The notes: generated by a model not told the origin, from the sequence alone. Positions 28,659 to 37,460 are shown, numbered from the stretch's first letter. The stretch is 40,775 bases of DNA from Acidobacteriota bacterium (GCA_040004225.1 JBDUBI010000087.1:1-40775), one strand, 5' to 3'. Translations and numbers: made by a program.

Positions 28659-29735
28659 GTGGCCCTGGACAAGAGCGTGTACGTGCGTCGGCTCACAACG
28701 ATGCGCGAGCGCCTGAGCACCCTGCGGGCCGACGGGGTCTTTGCGACGCCGTCCTCGAACCTCTTTTACTTGACGGGGATCGAGTTCCACCGCAGCGAGC
28801 GCCTGACCGCTTTGTTTCTTTTTCGCGACCGGGAGCCCTTCCTGCTCTGTCCGGCTTTCGAGGCGGACCGGCTGCGAGGCATGTCCGGGGCCGTCGCCGA
28901 GATCCACACCTGGGCCGAGACGCAAGATCCGTTCGCGCTTGCCGCTTCGCTCTTTCCCGCCGCGGCCGGAACACTCGCCATCGAGCCCTCGACCGCCTAT
29001 GACGACGTCGAAAGGTTGATGACGGCGCGCCCCGGCTGGAGGGGTGTGTCGGCGGCATCCGTTTTTGGCGCGCTCCGGATGGTCAAGACCGCGGAAGAGA
29101 TCGATGCCATCCGAAAGGCGATCGCCTCAGCCGTTCCCCGGTTCGAACGCGCGTTCGGATCGCTCGTTGCGGGCAGTGTCGAGGCGGAAATATCGGCGCG
29201 TTTCGGCGGAGACAACGTCGTGCAATTCGGGCCTTCGTCCGCGCTGCCCCATGGAGCCTCCGGGCGTCGCGCTCTCGCGCCCGGCGAGGCCGTATTGATC
29301 GACGCATGGGACCGGCCCGGCGGCTACTACTACGACATCACGCGCTCGACGTTTTTCGGGACGCCGACGGACGAGTACCGCAACATCTGGTCCGTCGTGC
29401 TCGATGCGCAGACCGCCGGGATCGAGGCCGCCGCTCCCGGCGTGCCCTGTTCGGAGGTCGATGCCGCGGCGCGGCGCGTCATCGACGCCGCCGGGTACGG
29501 CGAGTTCTTCACGCACCGGTTGGGACACGGACTGGGGATCGACGTGCACGAGCCGCCTTACATGGTGGGCCACGACCAGACGATCTTAGAGCCGGGAATG
29601 ACATTCACTTCGGAGCCCGGTATCTATCTTCTCGGTCGATTCGGAGTGCGGATCGAGGACGACATCCTCGTGACCGACCGGGGCTCCGAGAGCCTTTCTC
29701 CCCGCGTCTCCCGACTCGACCCCATCCCGGCTTGA
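28659..29735 (+). CDS. Xaa-Pro aminopeptidase / M24 metallopeptidase
   Basis: Creatinase-like N-domain (NLFYLTG), LPHG, LID..YYYDITR, HRLGHGLGIDVHEPP, EPGIY and GVRIEDD. GTG start lies 6 nt after TGCTACGAT. Confidence 0.92.
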   Translation: MALDKSVYVRRLTTMRERLSTLRADGVFATPSSNLFYLTGIEFHRSERLTALFLFRDREPFLLCPAFEADRLRGMSGAVAEIHTWAETQDPFALAASLFPAAAGTLAIEPSTAYDDVERLMTARPGWRGVSAASVFGALRMVKTAEEIDAIRKAIASAVPRFERAFGSLVAGSVEAEISARFGGDNVVQFGPSSALPHGASGRRALAPGEAVLIDAWDRPGGYYYDITRSTFFGTPTDEYRNIWSVVLDAQTAGIEAAAPGVPCSEVDAAARRVIDAAGYGEFFTHRLGHGLGIDVHEPPYMVGHDQTILEPGMTFTSEPGIYLLGRFGVRIEDDILVTDRGSESLSPRVSRLDPIPA

Positions 29736-31081
29736 ACCGCGGTCCCGCGGCCGCGGCGGCGGCCGTCCTTTTCCTCTCGGCGGCTTCCCTCGCCGCCGTC
29801 CTTTCCCCCGCCGAGATCGAAGAAGCATCCGAGGTCGCCCGCCGCGCCGCGTTTGACGTGCTGAGAAATCCGACCGCGCGCCTTTTCCGCGAGGCTCTCG
29901 ACGTCGACGGAATCCTGCAGCGCCGCCTCGGACCCGCGGCATGGAAAACGCTCACCGAGCGCCAACGGGAGGAGTTGCGTGGCGCCGTTCAGGAGCGCTT
30001 TTTAAAGACTCTCGCCGCGCCGAGGTCGGCGGTCACGGACGTTCCGTGGTCGGCGGTGGTGCCGGCGGGGGACGATGGCGTCGACGCGTTCTTCGGGATG
30101 CGGTACGCAGACCGCGTTCTCAAAACGCGCTGGCTCGTCCGGCGAGCGCGAGGCGGCTGGCACATCGACGACATCGTGCTCACCGAACCGGGAGTGTCGC
30201 TCGCGGCCGGCGCCGCGGAGGCGGTGGGGCGCCGGCCTCTCCAGCGGCGGACCCCCGGACAGGAAAGCTGGTCGAATGCCGTCCCGCGCGTCGGCGCGAT
30301 CGCGATTGTCGCCCTGCTCTGCCTCGCTTTGAGGTTCCGGATCCCTCGAGAAAAACGCGCCCTCCTTTATCTGACCGCAAGCGCGCCGATCGCTCTTTTC
30401 GCGATCGACGGCGCTCTCGCCGTTCATCGCGCGACGTCCGAGCCCTACGTCATAGGCGCTGCCCCCGCGGCCGAGAGGTGGCGGCAGGAAGAACAGCTCG
30501 CCGCGGGAGCGGAGCGCGAAGGCCGCCCCGAGGACGCGCGCCAGCATTGGAGCCGGGCCCTGGCCGCGGGAGGGCCTGCCGGTGCGATCGAGTACGAGAT
30601 CGGCATGGCGGCGCGCCGCCGGGGGGACACGGAGCGGGCTCGCGCCGGGTTTCTCCGGGCGTTGAGCGAAACAAAGCCCGCCCCTGGAGCGGCCCGGGAG
30701 CTCGCCTCTCTGGCGGTCGAAAGCAGCCGTTTCGCGGAGGCGGAACCTCTCCTCCGCCGCTACCTTTCCATGGCGGGGCCCGACCCCGAGGCCCTGTCAC
30801 TCCTCGCGGTCGTCCAGACGAACCTCGGCCGGCCGGACGACGCGCTCCGGTCCCTCGCGGAAGCGCGTGCGCTCGTCACAGCCGAAGGCTGGCGCGGAGA
30901 AGAGCTCGAGGCGCAGGTCCGCGCGCGCGCCGGAGATGCCGCCGGGTGCGTGGCCGCACTGCGCCAGCTCGAATCGCAGGGAGAGCTCGACAGGTCAGCC
31001 CTCCGATCGGACCCGGAGTACCTTCCCATCGCCACCGATCCGGTTTGGGTGGCGTTCTTGAACGAGAAGCGGAAGAAGTGA
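29732..31081 (+). CDS. Membrane protein: signal peptide, MlaC/Ttg2D-like domain, two TM helices, TPR repeats
   Basis: TTG overlaps the pepP TGA. LDVDGILQRRLG..WKTLTERQREE and WLVRRARGGWHIDDIVL..GVSL resemble MlaC; two hydrophobic segments; TPR-like C-half ending LRSDPEYLPIATDP. Confidence 0.65.
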   Translation: MNRGPAAAAAAVLFLSAASLAAVLSPAEIEEASEVARRAAFDVLRNPTARLFREALDVDGILQRRLGPAAWKTLTERQREELRGAVQERFLKTLAAPRSAVTDVPWSAVVPAGDDGVDAFFGMRYADRVLKTRWLVRRARGGWHIDDIVLTEPGVSLAAGAAEAVGRRPLQRRTPGQESWSNAVPRVGAIAIVALLCLALRFRIPREKRALLYLTASAPIALFAIDGALAVHRATSEPYVIGAAPAAERWRQEEQLAAGAEREGRPEDARQHWSRALAAGGPAGAIEYEIGMAARRRGDTERARAGFLRALSETKPAPGAARELASLAVESSRFAEAEPLLRRYLSMAGPDPEALSLLAVVQTNLGRPDDALRSLAEARALVTAEGWRGEELEAQVRARAGDAAGCVAALRQLESQGELDRSALRSDPEYLPIATDPVWVAFLNEKRKK

Positions 31082-31121
31082 CTTCCGGCCCTCGGGTCTC
31101 ATTCCCCGGGCGGTTCGGACG

Positions 31122-32942
31122 TCAATCGCCTCTCTTGTCCGCGGTCACGGAGGTTCCAGCCGGAGGGCCTCCGTAGAACGCGATCAGGGCGGAGACCAGG
31201 GCCCGGGCGACGCGGTCCCGATACGCTGCCGTGACGAGCAGCTTGCGATCTTCGGGGTTGTTCAGATTGCAGATCTCCAGGAGGACGCGCGCCGGGATGC
31301 GGTTGTAGCGGAGGATCGCCGGCACCCATTCTCTGCCGCCGCGGATCACGTTGCGCCGGATGGGCTGAAAGGCGTGGAGAGGAAGACCCGCGGACCGGAA
31401 CGCCGCGACGATCCTCTCGGCCAGGTCCCTCGACACGCCCTCCGCCTTGACGCGCTCCTTGCGGGAAAAGGAGACGAATGAGGCCTCGCGGACTTCCCGC
31501 CGGCTCGCGTAGATCGACCCCATGCGGCCGAAGTGTCCGTCCAGGAATTTCTCGCCGGGGATGTACACCATGAGCCCGCGCACGGCGGGGTGGAGCGAGT
31601 CCGCGTGCAGCGAGACGAAGACGGTGCGATCCTCCGAGCCGCCCTCTTTCTCGGCGCGCCGCAGAACCGCGTTGGCGAGGTACCAGCGCAGGTTCACGCC
31701 GGCGACGGTGTCTTCGATCGGATACGGCGGATGTGTCTGCACTTCGGCGGTGCGCCAGTCGACGACGGCCTCGGACGCATGGATCCGGCAGGGCGTCTTT
31801 CCCGCGACGGTCAAGACGACGCGCGCCTTCGAGTGCTGGCGCAGCAGGGACTCGACGCGGCACGCCAGGTCGTAGACGTGCTTCGCCTCCTGCATGCCGT
31901 CGACAGAGGCGCCCGCGTCGCGCCCGCCGTGCCCCGCATCGAGGACGAACGTCACTCCGGAGAGATCGGCAGCCCGAACGCGATTGGCAAATTGTGACGC
32001 CTCGATCCTCGTCTTCTCAGCCTCGATGCGGGCCGGGTCGTCCGGCGGCCGGTACTCCGCGGCGAGGTCCTCGACGGGGATCTTGATCGGAAAATCGACG
32101 GGGATGGCCCGGACGTCGGCGATGCCGCTGCGCGCCGCGATCTCGATCGCCTTCGCGTTGACGTCCTCGGCGTGAACGCGTCCCGTGAAACGGACGATGA
32201 CGGCGGAATACAGCGCCTCCCCCCGGCGCAGCCGGTAGAGGGCGAACCGTCCCTGTGCGTCCCGCCCGTATTCGAGGCCCGGCTCGGCCGCGGCCGGCGC
32301 GCTGGCGGCCGCCTCGGTCTTAAACGACGGCAGGAGCAGATTCGCCGGCACCCGCACCGTCTGACCCGCCTCGGTCACGACGGACCCGTTCGACCGGATC
32401 TCCCGGTAATTTGCGCCGTTCCCGGTAAACCACTCGGCAATGCGCCAGAGGGTCTCGGGGTGACCGTTCGACGAGCCGACCACGTGCGTCCACCCCTTCG
32501 GGTCTCCCCGGTCTCCCGGGAAGAGCGCTTCCATCGCGATTTTCTTGTAGCTGTCGGAGAGCAGGCGGTAGGGAACCCGGACGAACACTTCGCGGTGAAA
32601 CAATTTCAGTCCCGTATTCTGCGCCAGGATTTCCTTTTTGGTCCGTGCGTCGTCGGTGAATCGCCTGATGAAGGCGTCGAGGTTCTCAAGGGGAAGCGGG
32701 CGCGCCGCGAGAAACACTTCGTCGGCGGCCTCGATCGAGACCTTGATCTCGTCGGAAATCCGGACCGTCCGAACGGCTCCCTCCTCGTCGGCCGCGAGCG
32801 AAACCGCGACGAGAAAAGCGCTCGAAAGAAAACCGAGGCGCCTAGACCATCCCAGAGGGCAACTCCTGCGGAAAAGGCAGTTCCCGCTCGAGCGCCCCGG
32901 CCGCGGCGAACAGCGCCTCTTCCGCGAAGCGCGGGGCGACAA
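31122..32942 (-). CDS. N-acetylmuramoyl-L-alanine amidase (Amidase_3) with LysM-like N-terminal segments; start uncertain (CTG 32855 plausible)
   Basis: Zn motifs LDAGHGGRD, QE, VSLHAD and VLLEICNL; LysM-like ETLWRIAEWFTG and YRLRRGEALYS; signal-like FLSSAFLVAVSLAA. Confidence 0.85.
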   Translation of the reverse strand: MSPRASRKRRCSPRPGRSSGNCLFRRSCPLGWSRRLGFLSSAFLVAVSLAADEEGAVRTVRISDEIKVSIEAADEVFLAARPLPLENLDAFIRRFTDDARTKKEILAQNTGLKLFHREVFVRVPYRLLSDSYKKIAMEALFPGDRGDPKGWTHVVGSSNGHPETLWRIAEWFTGNGANYREIRSNGSVVTEAGQTVRVPANLLLPSFKTEAAASAPAAAEPGLEYGRDAQGRFALYRLRRGEALYSAVIVRFTGRVHAEDVNAKAIEIAARSGIADVRAIPVDFPIKIPVEDLAAEYRPPDDPARIEAEKTRIEASQFANRVRAADLSGVTFVLDAGHGGRDAGASVDGMQEAKHVYDLACRVESLLRQHSKARVVLTVAGKTPCRIHASEAVVDWRTAEVQTHPPYPIEDTVAGVNLRWYLANAVLRRAEKEGGSEDRTVFVSLHADSLHPAVRGLMVYIPGEKFLDGHFGRMGSIYASRREVREASFVSFSRKERVKAEGVSRDLAERIVAAFRSAGLPLHAFQPIRRNVIRGGREWVPAILRYNRIPARVLLEICNLNNPEDRKLLVTAAYRDRVARALVSALIAFYGGPPAGTSVTADKRGD

Positions 32943-34317
32943 TCTGGATTCCGAGCGGGAGGCCGCCGCCGGAGAGGCCGGAGGGAACGGTGATCGCCGG
33001 CAGGCCGGCGAGAGAGGCGGGAACGGTGAAGACGTCTGAGAGATACATGCTCAGAGGATCTTCCGTTTTCTCCCCCAGCCGGAAGGCGGGGGTCGGAATC
33101 GACGGGCAGACCACGACGTCGGCCTGCGAGAAAGCGCGGTCGAAATCCTCGGAGAGAAGTTGCCGCGCCGACATCGCGCGCCCGTAAAACGCCTCGTGAT
33201 ACCCGGCGGAGAGGGCGAAGGTCCCGAGCAGGATGCGGCGCTTCACCTCGGAGCCGAACCCGGCGGTGCGCGTCTCCACATAGAGAGAGAGCAGGTCCGA
33301 AGCGGCGGCGCGCGGACCGTACCGCACCCCGTCGAATCTCGCGAGGTTCGAGGACGCTTCGGCGCTCGCGATGACGTAGTAAATCGCCACGGCGGCGGTC
33401 GCGCGGGGCACGGAGACCGTCGTCACTTTCGCGCCGGCCGCCCGGAACGCGGCCCGGGCTTCCTCGAGATTCGCGGCCACATCCGGATCGAGTCCCTCGA
33501 CGTCCGCTTCGGCGAGGAACCCGACGGTCTTCCCGGCGAAGCCCGCCATGGCGGCGCCTTCGGGGTCGCCCACAGGCTCACAGGAGCTCGTCGAATCGCG
33601 GGCATCTTCGCCGGCGATCACTCGATAGACCCGCGCCGCGTCCTGCACGCCGCGGGTCAGAGGACCGACCTGGTCGAGCGAGGACGCGAACGCGACCAGC
33701 CCGAACCGGGAGACCCGGCCGTAGGTCGGCTTCAACCCGACGACGCCGCAACACGCGGCGGGTTGCCGGATCGAACCGCCCGTGTCGGAGCCGATCGCCG
33801 CGGGGACGAACCGGGCGGAAACCGCGGCCGCGCTCCCGCCCGAAGAGCCGCCGGGGATCCGGGAGAGGTCCCACGGATTTGCCGTCGTTTGAACGGAACT
33901 GTTCTCGGTCGACGACCCCATGGCGAACTCGTCCATGTTGGTGCGCCCGATAAAGACCGCTCCGGCCCGACGAAGCCGCGCGACGGCGGTCGAATCTTCC
34001 GGGGGACGGAAGCCCTCGAGAATCCGGGAGGCGCAGGTGGTTTCCCGTCCCGCAACCCAGAGGTTGTCCTTGACCGCGATCGGGACCCCGGCTAAGGGAA
34101 GGTCCTCTCCCGCGGCCACTCGCCCGTCCACGAGTCTCGCCTCTTCGCGGGCGAGACCCGAGGTCACCTCGAGAAAGGCGCGAATGCGCGGGTCTCCCGA
34201 TTCGACACGCGAGAGCGCCTCTTCCAGGACATCGACGGCCCGGCGAGTCCCGCGGGCCACCTCCCCTGCCGTATCGCGGACGCCGCCCGCCTCCGCTTCC
34301 GCGGGGCGACCCTTCAC
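32842..34317 (-). CDS. gatA: Glu/Asp-tRNA amidotransferase subunit A
   Basis: Motifs GVPIAVKDN, NMDEFAMGSSTE, GGSSGGS, GSDTGGSIRQP, EASSNLARFDG and EVKRRILLGT; GTG at 34317. Confidence 0.95.
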   Translation of the reverse strand: MKGRPAEAEAGGVRDTAGEVARGTRRAVDVLEEALSRVESGDPRIRAFLEVTSGLAREEARLVDGRVAAGEDLPLAGVPIAVKDNLWVAGRETTCASRILEGFRPPEDSTAVARLRRAGAVFIGRTNMDEFAMGSSTENSSVQTTANPWDLSRIPGGSSGGSAAAVSARFVPAAIGSDTGGSIRQPAACCGVVGLKPTYGRVSRFGLVAFASSLDQVGPLTRGVQDAARVYRVIAGEDARDSTSSCEPVGDPEGAAMAGFAGKTVGFLAEADVEGLDPDVAANLEEARAAFRAAGAKVTTVSVPRATAAVAIYYVIASAEASSNLARFDGVRYGPRAAASDLLSLYVETRTAGFGSEVKRRILLGTFALSAGYHEAFYGRAMSARQLLSEDFDRAFSQADVVVCPSIPTPAFRLGEKTEDPLSMYLSDVFTVPASLAGLPAITVPSGLSGGGLPLGIQIVAPRFAEEALFAAAGALERELPFPQELPSGMV

Positions 34318-34321
34318 GCGC

Positions 34322-34630
34322 TCACGAGATGAGGCTGCCGACAATGCGGGGCACGCTGCCGTAACCGTGGACCGTCGACGGACAGTTCGCCTCGAGAGCC
34401 TGCGCTCCGTGGCCGGGCCGGGAGGCATCGGAGCGCACCGGGGTGGCCGCCAGAGGCGCTTCAACCGCCAGCGGACGATCCGGGATGCTCTCGAGCTGAC
34501 CGATATAAGAGAGAATGCGGCCGACCTGCCCGGTCCAGGCGGGCAGGTCCGCGTCGGGGACGCGCAGGCGGGCGAGCGCCGCGACCTTGCGGACCATTTC
34601 GGGCGCGACCGGCGGGGGCTTTGAAGACAT
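34322..34630 (-). CDS. gatC: Glu/Asp-tRNA amidotransferase subunit C
   Basis: VRKVAALARL..ILSYIGQL..R.D..ALEANCP..VPRIV; directly upstream of gatA. Confidence 0.88.
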   Translation of the reverse strand: MSSKPPPVAPEMVRKVAALARLRVPDADLPAWTGQVGRILSYIGQLESIPDRPLAVEAPLAATPVRSDASRPGHGAQALEANCPSTVHGYGSVPRIVGSLIS

Positions 34631-34756
34631 TTTCGGAATTGTAAGGCCACTCCGCTGATTCCAGACACGCCGAGGCCCCGCGACGCGCGGCGCGCGCGTC
34701 GCGGCGGAAAGGCGGCACTCTCGCGCCTCGCCCTCGATTCACTCTGGAAGCGCCCG

Positions 34757-35938
34757 GTGCTCCGCGCCCTGACGGCGTCCCTCGAGCGGCGCGGTTGCGA
34801 GGGCTGGCTGGTGGGAGGAGCTCCGCGAGACATTCTGCTGGGACGTCCATGTCCCGACCTCGACGCGGTCATCGATGCCGATCCGTTCGACGTGGCTGCC
34901 GAATTGTCGCGGGCGGGATTCGGGACGGCCGTCCCTCTGTCAGACGCCGCGCCACGCGTGGCGCGCCTGGCGGGATCGACGGAGGTCGATCTCGCGGAGC
35001 TCACCCGCGGCGATATTTTCGAGGACCTTGCGCGCCGCGACTTCACGGTGAACGCGGTGGCTGTTTCGCTCTCGGACAGAGCGTGGATCGATCCGCACCG
35101 CGGCGCGGAAGATCTCGAGCGCGGACGGCTCCGGATGATCTCCGCACAGAACCTCCGCGAGGACCCTCTCCGGACTCTCCGCGCCGCGCGTTTCATGGCC
35201 GCCCTCGGGCTCGTCCCGGACCGGGCCACGTCCTCCGCCTGCCGGCTCACCGCTCCCCTGCTGCCCTCCGCCGCGCCGGAGCGCATCCGGGTGGAGCTCG
35301 AAAAGCTGCTGTCGTCCCCCCGTGTCGTTCCGGCGCTTTCGTGGGCGGCAAAGGCGGATCTGCTCGGAGCCGCGCTCGGACGCCCCCTCTCGGTGCGCCA
35401 GGCAGGTTCGCTCGTGCGGGGTTGCCCGCTCGACCAGACCGCCGTGCGCCGGGGCCCTCCCTCCCGGCGGCTCGAACGGCGCCTGGTCCTCCTGGCCGCT
35501 GGACTCCGGATGCCCCCGGAGGAAGCCGTCGCCTGGCTCGCCTCGCGGCGTTTCTCCCGCTCCGCGTCCGCCCGCATCGGGCTTCTCCTTCGGCTCGCTC
35601 GAGATGCAGGACAGGTCGCGACGGCGGACGCGCGATGGGGATGGGTTCGCGACGCGGGCCTGCAGGCGTCGGAGGCGCTTCTCCTGGCGCGCCTGCTCCC
35701 TTCCGGACCGCCGCCGGTGCTGGCCGCCGTGGCGCGCAGCCTCCGCGCGGCGCGGCGGCCTCCGGCGGTGACCGGCGGAGACATCCTCGAATGGCTCCGC
35801 ATGGCCCCCGGCCCGCGAGTGGGAGAGCTGCTCCGACAGGTGGAAATCGAAGGTGTGCGAGGACGCGTGCGGTCGAGGGTTCAGGCCAGGCGGTGGCTGA
35901 TCCGAACCTCCGCGCCGGTCGTAAAAGCCGGGACATGA
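34757..35938 (+). CDS. Class II tRNA nucleotidyltransferase (CCA/poly(A) polymerase family), probably CC-adding; start uncertain
   Basis: Motifs VGGAPRDILLG..DLD, EDLARRDFTVNA, DPHRG, EDPLRTLRAARF, ERIRVELEK and PGPRVGELL. Confidence 0.88.
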   Translation: MLRALTASLERRGCEGWLVGGAPRDILLGRPCPDLDAVIDADPFDVAAELSRAGFGTAVPLSDAAPRVARLAGSTEVDLAELTRGDIFEDLARRDFTVNAVAVSLSDRAWIDPHRGAEDLERGRLRMISAQNLREDPLRTLRAARFMAALGLVPDRATSSACRLTAPLLPSAAPERIRVELEKLLSSPRVVPALSWAAKADLLGAALGRPLSVRQAGSLVRGCPLDQTAVRRGPPSRRLERRLVLLAAGLRMPPEEAVAWLASRRFSRSASARIGLLLRLARDAGQVATADARWGWVRDAGLQASEALLLARLLPSGPPPVLAAVARSLRAARRPPAVTGGDILEWLRMAPGPRVGELLRQVEIEGVRGRVRSRVQARRWLIRTSAPVVKAGT

Positions 35939-35975
35939 TCGGGAATCCCTGGCTCCGAGCTATAATTGCAAACCT

Positions 35976-37418
35976 TTGACTCTCGTCGAGCTCCTCAAGT
36001 TCATGGCCAAGAAGGAGGCTTCCGACCTCCACTTGAAGCCCATGCGTCCGCCCCTCCTGCGGATCAAGGGGAAACTCATCCCGTTGAATACGGAGGCCTT
36101 ACAGCCGAAAGACCTGGAGACCATGCTGCGCGAGATTCTGACCCCGGCGCAGCAGACGAAACTCGACCAGAACCAGTCCGTGGACCTTGGTTACGGCGTC
36201 CCCGGCGTGGCCCGTTTCCGGGCCAACATCTTCATCCAGCGCGGGTCCTTCGCGGCCGTGTTCCGGCGCATCTCCTTCAAAATACCCGAAATCTCGGAGC
36301 TCGGGCTTCCCGAAGTCCTGGAGACTTTCATTCACATTCCGACCGGACTCGTCCTGATCACGGGCCCGACCGGGTCGGGCAAATCGACCACGCTCGCCTC
36401 GGTCATCCGGTCCACCATCGAAAAGCGGGCCGTCCATATCGTCACGATCGAAGACCCGATCGAGTACCTCTTCGCGGACGGGAAGGCGGCCGTCTCCCAG
36501 CGCGAGATCGGGACCGATACCCCCAACTTCAACGAAGCCCTCAAGAACATGATGCGGCAGGACCCGGACGTCATCATGGTCGGCGAGATGCGGGACTGGA
36601 GCACGATCCAGACCGTCATCACGGCCGCCGAGACGGGGCACCTCGTCTTCTCGACACTGCACACGAACAGCGCGGCGCAATCAATCGACCGCATCATCGA
36701 CACCTGCCCCGCCGGCCAGCAGAATCAGCTCCGCGCGCAACTCGCTCTCGTCCTGCGCGCCATCGTTTCCATGCGATTGATCGAGAAGTCCGACGGATCG
36801 GGCATGGTCCCCGTCTGCGAAATCATGATCAATTCGCCCAAGATCGCCAAGCAAATCGAGGGCGGAGAAACGAAAGAGATCCTGGACGAAATCGAGTCCT
36901 CCGTCGGGTATTACCGAATGCAGACGATGAATCAGTCGCTCATCGCGCTCCTCGTCAACGGGAAGATCACGTATCGCCGCGCGATGGAGCTGTCGACAGA
37001 CCCCGAAGACCTCTCTCTCAAGCTTCGCAAGCTCTTCCCTCAGATCGAGGAAGAACATCGAGGAGGATCCATGGCCTCGGACAACGATTTTTCCGCCATC
37101 ACCCAGCTCATGGACGTCAAGCGCCTCTACGAGGAGCAGGAAGAGAAATGGCGCCTGCGCCTGACGGAGAAGGAGGAGGAGATCGCCCGGTACGGGGCCG
37201 AGATCCAGAACCAGCGCCGCACCGTCGAGGGCCGCAGCCAGGCTGTCTCGGATCTCGAAGACGAGGTGCAGCGGCTCAAGAACGAAAACGACCGGGTCGC
37301 CCGGGAGTTCCAGGGCAAGATCGGCCAGTTGAACGAGCGCATCAAGGAACTCAACCAGCGTGTCATGACGACCGAACAGACCGGCAAGGTCGCTCAGCAG
37401 GGGTTTTTCAAAAAATAA
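35976..37418 (+). CDS. pilT: PilT/PilU-family type IV pilus ATPase with a C-terminal coiled-coil extension
   Basis: ASDLHL, RFRANIF, Walker A GPTGSGKST, TIEDPIE, Walker B DVIMVGEMRD, His box TGHLVFSTLH and MQTMNQSL. AIRNLIRE is replaced by KIAKQIEG, so it could be PilU-like. Confidence 0.9.
   Translation: MTLVELLKFMAKKEASDLHLKPMRPPLLRIKGKLIPLNTEALQPKDLETMLREILTPAQQTKLDQNQSVDLGYGVPGVARFRANIFIQRGSFAAVFRRISFKIPEISELGLPEVLETFIHIPTGLVLITGPTGSGKSTTLASVIRSTIEKRAVHIVTIEDPIEYLFADGKAAVSQREIGTDTPNFNEALKNMMRQDPDVIMVGEMRDWSTIQTVITAAETGHLVFSTLHTNSAAQSIDRIIDTCPAGQQNQLRAQLALVLRAIVSMRLIEKSDGSGMVPVCEIMINSPKIAKQIEGGETKEILDEIESSVGYYRMQTMNQSLIALLVNGKITYRRAMELSTDPEDLSLKLRKLFPQIEEEHRGGSMASDNDFSAITQLMDVKRLYEEQEEKWRLRLTEKEEEIARYGAEIQNQRRTVEGRSQAVSDLEDEVQRLKNENDRVAREFQGKIGQLNERIKELNQRVMTTEQTGKVAQQGFFKK
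37071..37418 (+). CDS. Possible nested in-frame 115-aa coiled-coil protein translated from an internal start of pilT
   Basis: AGGAGG (37061-37066), 4 nt, then in-frame ATG (37071) right after the ATPase domain; product MASDNDFSAITQLMDVKRLYEEQEEKW...QGFFKK is E/Q/K/R-rich. Confidence 0.4.
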   Translation: MASDNDFSAITQLMDVKRLYEEQEEKWRLRLTEKEEEIARYGAEIQNQRRTVEGRSQAVSDLEDEVQRLKNENDRVAREFQGKIGQLNERIKELNQRVMTTEQTGKVAQQGFFKK

Positions 37419-37460
37419 AAGCGTCTGCGCCGGCGCGAAGACGCCGGCACCCTACCGGGC

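Noticed and set aside
34325-35802. 986-aa ORF suggesting an N-terminally extended GatA
   Set aside because: The extension overlaps gatC and the antisense strand of the nucleotidyltransferase gene; GatA similarity starts only near 34317.
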